DNA from: Eledone cirrhosa
Lineage: Eukaryota
Direction: 5' to 3'
NCBI GenBank assembly: GCA_964016885.1
Contig: OZ024746.1
Coordinates: forward strand, 63,302,001-63,366,000
DNA length: 64,000 nucleotides
Within the stretch, counting starts at the first letter, position 1. Every line of letters begins with the position of its first letter. Below the pieces are notes generated by a model, which searched no databases, was not told the DNA's origin, and was given only the letters and a program-made list of their open reading frames with translations. Position numbers and translations under genes: made by a program. Below, piece after piece: positions 54,214 through 64,000 of this stretch.

Positions 54214-54510
54214 GGCACATACTTGGCTTAGTGGTTAGAATGTTGGATTCACAATCGTAAGGTTGTGAGTGCGATTTCCGGACCAGACTGGGCTTTGTGT
54301 CTTTGAGCAAGACACTTTATTTCACATTGCTCCAGTTCACTCTGTTGTAGAAATGAGTTGTGACATGACTGGTGCCAAGCTGGACAACATCAGTGGCATC
54401 TAAAGGGGAGACTGGTATGCATGAGTGACTGCTGATGCCTCCACAAAAACACCTTACCTAGGCTTGTGCCTCAAAGAGCAACTTTCTAGTTGCAAAATTC
54501 ATGGTCATTT
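54214..54510 (+). mobile_element. SINE family B, older variant
   Basis: TGGCTTAGTGGTTAG head and TTGAGCAAGACACTTTATTTCACATTGCTCCAG domain. Confidence 0.75.
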
Positions 54511-56596
54511 ATGATCAAAGAAGATCGTTATTCACAAAATTCACAACTAACACCCTAGTGTTGTAAAGTAGTAGTGCTGGTGCCAACAGTAAAATGCACC
54601 CAGTTCACTCTGTAAAGTGATTGGTATTAAAAATGGTATCCAGCTGTGGGAACCTTGCCAAAATAAAATATGAGTTAGATGTGGTCATATGGCTTGTCAA
54701 ATCTCAAAATGTGACAACCCATCTAACGCTTTATAGATTTGTGTGTGTGTGATAATACAAACACACACACACACACACATATATAATATGATGGGCTTTT
54801 GTGTGTATGAGTAATGATAACTATTTTAAAACACCCACTACAGAAATCACAGCTGTGCTCAAGTTATGATTTTTTTTTTGTTGTTGTTTAAAGATTTTCC
54901 ATATATTATTATTTTTTTATATTTTGTATGGAACATTAAATTTATAGGGGCAAAAACAAATATTTGAGTAGTTGCTTTTAGAGAGGTTCTTGATTTATAT
55001 AAACATCTCTTTGAAAACACTAACACATGGGAACATTCTTAGAATTTATGCAAAATGTCTGAATTTCTAGATAAACTGAACTCATGCTAGTATTCCCCAG
55101 ATATTATTCATTTATCCTATTTTTATTCCCACTATAAAACATTTATAGATAGTAATAAATACTTTGATAATTACTATTACTAATTTATTGCTGCGATTTC
55201 TAGTTTATTTCAATTTTAGTTGTTTCTCTTAACCATCAATGTTCACTAACACGTGGGAATATATTTTGGAGTCGATGTTAAATTATAACAATTTTGTTTC
55301 TTTCTTTTGCTTGCAATTATATTTTTCTGATCTGTGCTAAGTTTATAGGGGCACCTGCTGTGATTAACATTAACCCTTTCATTACCATAATTCTAATGAG
55401 AGACACTACCAATAATTTTCAGATAATTTTTAAAATAAAATAAGGATTTGGAGGAGTTTAGTAATATAACAAACTTTGTTTATTATTAAGCTTGTATTTG
55501 GAACATATCTTAACAAAGATTCTTACATAAAATTATGAAGGAAGGTTTTTAAATGAATATAAAGATCCTGTAATGAATGATTTAGCCGAAAATGGTTTGT
55601 AATTCAAATATTTATGGTATCTTTACTAGAAGATAGATTGTTGTGAAAATTTGCAGTATTAAAGACTTTAATGTGAAGTTATAGTACTGTTTTATACTTT
55701 TCAAGAATGTCTTGTTAATGTGGTTTCATGTGGTACAGGATGTTAAAAGTGAAAATAAACTGCTTAGTGTCATAGAACTAGAATCAGTTGGTATCAAAGA
55801 CATTAAGTTATTGCTTTTATTTGACCAGGTGGCAAATTAGCAGAGGCATTAAAGCATAGAACAAAATGCCTTGCAGTACTTCTTCTGGCTTTCTGTATTC
55901 AGAGTGCAAATCCCTTTCATCGTTATGGAGCTCATAAAATGAAGTACCAGTCTATGGCAGTGTATTTGCAAAACTGTTACAATATCAAGTGAGATACCTT
56001 GCTGTGTTTATTCCAACTCTTTGCATTCTGCTATATTTTATGTGTTGCCAGGAAACGGACTTTGTCAATTCTAAATATTACGAGTTGAAAATAGTTAAAC
56101 AGTAGTTTTGTAATGGACAGCAATGCATATGATGAAAAATAAAATGCATGTTCAGACAGTAATTCATGCATATGCAACATGTTTCAGTGTGCTACATTAA
56201 GAGTTTGAATAAAACGTGTAGGAAAAATATTATGTGTATGGTCATGTTTCTACAAGTCCCTTGAAACATTCAGGTATTGTTTAAACTGTTATTAATATAT
56301 GACCTGGCAGAAAGAGATAACACTAGATGGTGTCGCATTTGGTTTTGTGGTGTAACTAAGAGTAGAAATACCATTGAAAAGATTACCGATAGTTCACTGT
56401 GTATCGGTGTCATCTCAAGAGCTAACCACTTGCTAAGGAGAAGAAATAGTTCTGACTTCTGATTAATGTCTGATAAATCACTGGGTTCCTATTGGTGTAA
56501 ATTAAATCTATGACAAAATAGCAAAACACCAAACTCTCATCTATTACATTACAGATCCAGAAGGTGCTGATAGTAATAAATTGTTTATTAAATATA

Positions 56597-57262
56597 CTAG
56601 CAGAAAAACCACCCTTCGGGTGGTTTTCTGCTAGCATGTGTAGTGTGTATATTGATATTATACGCAGGTATATATATATATATATATACATGTAGATATG
56701 ATACATCAAATAAAATCGTAATTGACAATATACACAGAAATTGAATGAAGATGTAGTATGTAATCAGTAACGTAATCCATGATACATTAAAAAAGACGAT
56801 ATATATAAACTGCATTAGGAGAAAATTAGTATGTTTATTTAAGCGATTGCCACCAAAGTGTTGACATCACACACTCTCTCTTTCTATATATATGGTAGTT
56901 GAAGTGGTGGTGGTGGCGACGATATACCGGAAGTGTAACTTTGAAAAGAAGTCAATTTTAAATTATTTATTTTTACGAAATTATTTTTATTTACGAAATT
57001 GAGTAGATAAATTATGTAATAATAGTTACGTCTCTTTGCGGTCTGAGTTCAAATCCCGCCGAGGTTAACTTTGCCTTTCATCCTTACGGGGTCGATAAAA
57101 TAAAGTACCAATAATGTACTGGGTAATTGATGGCCTTGTGCCAAAAGTAGAAACAATTATTTATTCAAAGTAATCCAACTTATTTTACAAACGGGATAAA
57201 AAAAATAAACCGTACGCAATCCTGCAGACCTTCCTTTATTATAGTTTAGATGAATGTATAGA
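56597..57262 (-). mobile_element. Probable non-autonomous Helitron
   Basis: The - strand begins A|TCTATAC...TCTAAACTATAATAAAG and ends with hairpin CCACCC-GAA-GGGTGG, 8 nt, then CTAG|T. No TSD; inserted between A and T. Confidence 0.55.
57022..57160 (+). mobile_element. SINE family A nested in the putative Helitron
   Basis: Match to the family A body and tail. Confidence 0.85.
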
Positions 57263-58689
57263 TGTGTAACTCCTGATGAATCATAGGGATATTATTAAGA
57301 CAAACAGTGTTTCTTGAGCACTTTAAACCTGGTGGAGTCCATCACCTCTCCAAGTCAAAACACAACTAATTTCTTCCAGTGACGGAGAGAGAGCAAGAGA
57401 GAAAGAGTGAATGGGTGATAGAGAGGAAGTGAAAAATGAGTGGTAGAGATAAGTGAGAAAAATATAGAGGAAGGATCAACCCTATCTTTAGACAGGTACT
57501 TTTTTATCAACCTTGAAAAGATGAAAGGCAAAGCTGGCCTCAACATGTTTTGAAGACAGAATGCAGAGAACAAGAATGAACACCGCAAAACATTCTTCCA
57601 ACTCTGCCAATATGCTGTCTATTAAATAAATGTTTCAATAAAAAAGAACTATTGATTCCTTTATATATCAGCTCAAGGAAACAAATCTAGAGGGTTGATT
57701 CAATCAACTCTTAGTATATTATTAACAATACTTTATCAACCCCAAAATGATATAAAAAATAAAGTTGGCCCCAGCTAGATTTGAACTCAGAATACATCTA
57801 AATATTGCTAGATTTTTTTATGAATTTACTAATTTTACATAATTTACTATGATAAAAATGTCCCCTTTGTTGTACTTTCTTTACTGGGTAATTCCTGTTA
57901 ACCTTGAATATTTAATATTACTTAACCTGAATATATTTATTTTTTTAATTTTTGTTATTGGTTTTTCATTGGACTATGATCAAACTAGAGCATTGCTTTT
58001 AAGGGTTTGGGTCAATCATATCAACCCTAGTACTTCTTTCAATCTGTCCCATTTATCAATTTATTAATCAAACTACTAAGTTACCGAACATAAAGGAAAA
58101 CAGCATAAACACTGGGTTTTTAGACCAATGTAAACAGACAAGGACAGATATATCCAGACACTTTTGCAATAATCTTTTTTTCCCACAAATTTTACTGTAT
58201 TATTGAGTAACAGTTTGTTTTTTATGTGTACAGGAAAAAACATCAAAAAATCTGTTAGATAATACACTCACTAAGTAAACCTTTTGTTATTTATGGTAAC
58301 ATTTGGATTCCCACCAGTAGGCCACTTCTTTGCTTGTGTTAGCTGATGTGTATGCATGAGAGAAAGCGAGGGAGAGAGAGAGACTTTGGGCAAAATGTTT
58401 CTCTGGCTGTCAAATTCACTTGTTAAAAATTTAATTTCAATGTAGTTTTTTCATACTAGCTTCCAACTTATTCTTAAAACATAACCTAAATGAATGTGTA
58501 GTCCAGATAATTTCACAGAAGCTCAACATAAATTCTCTGCATTTTATAAATATTCTTATTTCTTTTGATGCATAAATTTGTCAATCTTCATAAATTTGTT
58601 TTATGTTAACCTAACACTCTGCCCCTCACACAAACCCATATAACCACCTCCCTAATTCCCACATACCCTTCCCACCAAAGCCCCCAGCC

Positions 58690-58900
58690 CACACTGTAAA
58701 GTGATCATGTGGGTGTCACAACAAAAAGCACCCAATACTCACTGTAAATGTGGTTGGCATTAGGAAGGGCATCCAGCTGTGGAAACCAAGCCAAAATCAG
58801 TTCTGTATGAGCAAGACATGGTCATCTGACTTCAACTTGCTTCAAATAAAACAACCCGTCTAACCCATGCTAGTGTTGAAAAGGGATGTTAAATGATGAT
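58690..58900 (+). mobile_element. RTE-LINE/SINE 3' tail fragment
   Basis: GTGGTTGGCATTAGGAAGGGCATCCAGCTGT...AACCCATGCTAG...GTTAAATGATGATG. Confidence 0.78.
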
Positions 58901-59002
58901 GAGAGTGATGGTCATTTTGTCCCATAGTTAAAGTAGTTTAAAGGTTATAGATTATATAAATAAGCAACATTTTGAAATTTGTTGTTTTTTCTTTATTCAC
59001 AG

Positions 59003-59142
59003 TGGGAGATGATATGGAAGAAAATAGAATTAAGGAGTTATTAGATACTCCCCCCGCCCCACCTCTTCCCCCTTCCTCTTCCATCACACCTCCATTATTA
59101 CCACTCAGAGAAATTATATGGACATTCTGCTTTATGTGCCAA
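59003..59142 (+). CDS. Candidate exon (GDDMEENRIKELLDTPPAPPLPPSSSITPPLLPLREIIWTFCFMCQ)
   Basis: Strong acceptor TTTTTTCTTTATTCACAG|, open frame, weaker donor CAA|GTAACT. No recognisable homology. Confidence 0.25.
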
Positions 59143-60859
59143 GTAACTGGCAAAATAAATAAAGTTCGCATTAGTAGACATTAGTAATTATCCAGTTCAG
59201 CTACATATGTCTTTCTTTAAATGTTATATTGTTGATGACCGAATTCTTTTTCCTGTCCATCATTTATGGTCCTGCTTTTGTAGAGCACAGTGTGTGTGGA
59301 GGGTTTTTTTTGTTGTTTTTTTTCCTCTCATTTATTTTCCTAGTGTCTTTATTCGGTCATCAAGTGCAAATCATTAGCTGGATTCACCATCCCTGTAGCC
59401 TCTTTCTGGTTTATATACAGATAAAAAAAGATTTAAAAAAACATGCGCCAATGGATGTACAATAGATATGGTCTACTAATCAATCAAGAAATCAATATCA
59501 GGATGGGTTTCAATGGACAGTTTTGTTTTTTTTATTCAAAGTAGTTTATATTTGTTTTAATGGTGTTTTTGTTTCACTGGACAATTTGTTTGAGTTCCTT
59601 TATTTACCTTTTTACCAAGTTTCGATACAAAATATATCTCCTTCACTTTGTGAGAGTTCCTGCTATTTGTATATACTTAGCTTTGCTAGCTGGTTTCATA
59701 GATATACATCTGTGTTGATATATCTTTTTAATAGCCAATGTTAGTAATTTCTTGCTAATTATATTGATAGCAAATATTCATTTGATATTTAATGTATCGA
59801 AGAAACAAAACACTGATTTGATACCTCTTTCTATAGATTTCTCTAGCAAATTGGTGCCCTGATTGAGCACAGACATGACCAAAGGCACTTTAGCTGTGAC
59901 CATCCTGACCTTTATTTCATGTTTCTAACAGTACATTATCTAGTATTAAGACAGTAGGGAGTGATTTGTGATTTTGTTGCTAAATCTAGCAAGTGAAACA
60001 ACCCCTTAGAGGGTCTTTTAGTGGCCCGTAGTAGTAATTTTGTTATAAATTTATAAGAACTATATTTTTAAATAACCATCGGGATAAATTAGTGAGAATT
60101 ATTTTTGTACTTTTGAAATACCAAGGCAGAATGTGTCAGGTATTTGACAGTTGCTATATGGATCTTTAATTATTCTGATCTGCTGCTGAGTATTCCATTG
60201 TCTCTTTAAGTTGAGACTCTTAATTCTACATACCTCAGCTTATTTAATTATCTATCTAAGTTCATTTAAAATATCTGGAGAATGTTATCTACAATGGACA
60301 GGCTTACTTTCCAAGAGAAGATTCATCTCTCATCCACTAATTTCTATTAAAACAAGCCAACAACAGTGATTCTATGTGATCACAAATTCCCCTTAAATTA
60401 CATCTTGCCATCCTTACAAAAGGAAAGACATATTTAATATTGAAGTCTTGCATATGTCTGAAAACAACATAGGATGATTATGCCTAGACTGCTGTGATCA
60501 AAGCTAGCCTAGGGCTCAAAAACTATAAACTAAAGCTAAACACTAGGCTTAAGAGTCCTGCCATGTACTTTAGGTGTTATGTAATCCATTGTTGAATGTC
60601 TTTCTGATTGACACAAAGCCACTATACTATAAGCAAGTCGATCTAGTCAATTAAATTAACAGACATCATTACATGACTTTAATTTATTATATCACACCTA
60701 TGTACCCCAAATGAATGAGAAAATTCACCCTCAAGAGGATTTAAACTGTGAAGATATAGATGTAATTAAACATTATGCCATGTACACTATCATTTCTGTA
60801 GCTCCAATACCTTTATTTTTTTTCCCATTTATTGATTTCTAACCTTGACACAAGGTTGA

Positions 60860-60993
60860 TTAAACCTTTAGCATTTACATTACTCTATATTTACTATTAT
60901 ATTTACCTCACATAATATCCGTTACAACCGGTTTGAACAGTAAGAGGTGAGAATTCTGGCTGGATGTGGACGGTTTAAATGCTAAAGGGTTAA
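60860..60993 (-). mobile_element. piggyBac-like MITE family C, internally deleted
   Basis: TTAAACCTTTAGCATTT...AAATGCTAAAGGGTTAA. Confidence 0.8.
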
Positions 60994-63167
60994 ATCAACA
61001 CTGGTTCTTGACTGGTATTTTTTATAAACACTACCAAAAGGATGAACAGCAAAATTGACTCCAATGGTATTGGAACTCAGAATATAAAAGACCCTAACTA
61101 AATACCACAAGGTATTTTGTCCAACACTCTAACAATTCTGCCCATTCAAATCCTTTTCCAAATATTAACTCAGCCCAGAAAATCATAATGGTGTCTTATT
61201 TAACATATTTAATGAAAAGAGTATCATAAAGCTAATTATAAAAAAAACTGTGGTGAGTTTTGAAGTCGGGACCTTTTAGATAAATAATTTATTAATGTAA
61301 CAACTCCGCAATTATGCCCCAGTTACTCTACATACATAATTTCTATATAATTTGTTACATTATTGACTTCCACAGTTTGTGACTGTTAACATTAACTCTC
61401 TGCTACTAGTAATTAGTATTGTCTTGCATTTAACGGAAGTAGTGCCAACTAGTGCGAAGAGAGTGTTTTAAAAATAAATATTAGTAATAATAATAACAAT
61501 AGTAAATAACTTTAGTGGCAAGACAACAGCAATTACACCATAAATACGAATCATTATTAATGTATGTGTTTATATTTTTAAAGTGGGTCGGTGGCCTACT
61601 CATGGCTATGTTTAATTAAAAACAAAAAATGACTAATAGCACATACACACAAAGTATGTACATATGTTGATATTGAATAAGATTTTTTTTATGACTTACT
61701 CAGAAGAGGAAGGGCAGTGCCCATGACCCTTTTCAGGATTGTAGAAACTAGTAGGAGGAAAGAAGTTATCCTCAGACTGTAAACCTGACTTGAATGTTCA
61801 CAACAGAATGGACTAAGCTAAATGCACCTTTGTGGTGCATTTAGCTTAGTCCATGGTTGAAGCGTTAGAGAATCAAATGAATTATCTTGATGTTTGTGTT
61901 GAGTTCAAATCCTTGCCAAGGCCAACTGTGTCTGTCATCCTTTCAGGGTTTATTAATGAAGTACCTGTTTAATGTGATGAACTGGCAGAATTGTCAATCT
62001 TTGTTCCAGTTATTTGTATTTCTGAGTTCAATCCCTGTCATGGTTTACTTTGTGAGCGACTTAATCTGTGGTGATGATGGCATATAAAGATACAGATAGA
62101 AGATATTTTATTAAAAGTTCCATTAATCTTGATTATATTGAAAATGAATTGAAACACAGGCAGGGCAGTGTACTAGTCACAAATAGTCATAAAGGGGTTA
62201 AAATATGAAAATAAATGTTTCCTGGTAGTCCTTGAAAAATTGAGGATTCAGGTAATATATTTCATACTTTACTAGTAATTGAACTGGAATAACCATAATC
62301 TGTTGTATGTACATGGCTATTATATCTTCATTACTTTACTGTCTATGACCAATACGCCAAACTATAATTAGTGTGGCTAAAATAGATTGTTGTTACACCA
62401 ACTTTGTCTCGGTTATAAGCATTTATTTTTTTCTTTCTTTCTTATACCCACCCCCCACCCACCCCCCACCCACCCACACGCACACTAAATTTTCGTTCCT
62501 CCTCCTCCTGTGGCTGAGACTTGTTTCTTTATGTTGATTAATTTCATAATTCTTTTGTGTGTGTTTCCTTTCGTCTCTCCCCTTTGGGACTCCAGTATAG
62601 ATACTTTTTTTTATTATTATTACACTGTTTCATTGCATTCACTAATTGTGTCTGCAATATCTTAAAATTATAAGGAAAGTTGTAAGGCAATGATTTTAAA
62701 TACAGAGGAGAACAAGTCCCACAGGGGAGTAATTTGAATATTTGTGGGATGTTAGGGTTATATATATGTGTGTGTGTGTGTGTGTATATATATATAGAGA
62801 GAGAGAGATAGATATATAAACATGAAGTTAAGGAAAATTTAAATATGTTTTAATATTTCTTAATATTGTAAATTTAAAGTGTTGTTATCATTGCTCTGAC
62901 ATGCAGTGCAGATAGATAATACACTGTGGTATTTAGTCATCTATCAGGTCGTGACAAGGACCTCAGACAGATAATGCTTTTCTCAAAATGTGAACACTCA
63001 CCTTTTGTATGATACCCTAACCTGTATGGTATTCCCAGTCGCTTTAAGAAGTTTTGAAGTTTCAATGGGATTTACCCTAATGTCCTGATCACAACTGGTA
63101 TCACTTTCACATTACCCTCTTACATTCTAAATAGTTTTGCCAACTCTAATTTCAATTCAGGGTACTA

Positions 63168-63396
63168 TTAATCCTTTAGCATTTACATTATTCAATATAT
63201 ACTATTGTATTTGCACAGTAAAGGCTTTACCTCACATAATTATCTCACATAATATTGAATCTATGAGATTTAGATATTATTTATTTTGAGAACAATACAT
63301 TCATATAAGTATGAGCTGCCAGTTACAATCAGTTTGAACAGAAAGAGGTGAGAGAACTCTGGCCGGGTACAGCCGGTTTGAATGCTAAAGGGTTCA
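63168..63396 (-). mobile_element. piggyBac-like MITE family C
   Basis: TTAATCCTTTAGCATTT...AATGCTAAAGGGTTCA. Confidence 0.8.
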
Positions 63397-64000
63397 GCCT
63401 ATCAGCTGTATTGCAGATTAGCATTATAACTAGTGGAAATTAGCACACACACCCCACCGTAATTTCTCATTTGGTTCACTGTGCTTCTCTTTGAGCTAAA
63501 AATCTCCTGGTGTCAACAGATAGTTCAATGTTTAGAATAATTATTACCAACAACTTTTAAGCACTTCTGGTAGATTTAATATGGTGTAATGCTAAGATAA
63601 TTTTATCAATTCTATCAGCTTTGTCTGTTGTTTGGCCTGTAGGTCACGGATTCCCAACTTTCTCATCACATTTATCCTGTAGCAATTATTCGATAGTAAC
63701 TTCTTTAGTTATAACTGAATAAAATTATGTAGAAATCTAGAATCGGCAAATATACCCCCTGAAGAGGCTAAACTTTGATCAAATGTACTTGTAATCAGAA
63801 GTATTCCAGTCATCTAGAAGATATATAAAGCTACATTCTAATATAACCTACATTGAATTAGGGTTTTGTTTTTTTTTCTGTATTTTTTTACTATAGAAAA
63901 TAGCATAATAACAAAGAATATGTCCCCAGAATGAAAAAGAAATGGGCATTAGCTCATATGGAAGGATGTCGATCAAGTGTGCTACCCTTTACACTAGCTT

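Noticed and set aside
63748-63810. CTGAAGAG hammerhead-like box
   Set aside because: No downstream GAAA/stem III/NUH arrangement.

Overview
This is AT-rich, microsatellite- and SINE-dense eukaryotic DNA; the repeat landscape resembles an octopus/cephalopod genome (inference). Most of it is intronic. Two well-supported + strand exons (13297-13421, 37688-37915) splice in frame into a spectrin-repeat segment resembling klarsicht/AKAP6/nesprin-type proteins. The main finding is at 6411-10033: a near-perfect array of a highly structured 310-bp non-coding unit set inside a large (TA/TTTA)n tract. Each full unit carries a type I hammerhead ribozyme (CUGAUGA...GAAAC-GC-GUA, palindromic stem III), which makes it a retrozyme-like tandem array predicted to yield 310-nt self-cleaved, possibly circular, RNAs. 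After about 9.5 direct copies the array flips at a 5-bp microhomology into about 2.25 inverted copies. This creates a ~700-bp-arm palindrome and puts two ribozymes on the host gene's sense strand. A second, unrelated hammerhead with a long stem II (51615-51702) and several decayed hammerhead relics also lie near (TA)n tracts. The rest comprises two tRNA-derived SINE families, RTE-type LINE fragments, piggyBac-like MITEs, a probable non-autonomous Helitron, minisatellites and several perfect fold-back hairpins. Repeat boundaries were read by eye and are approximate unless stated otherwise.
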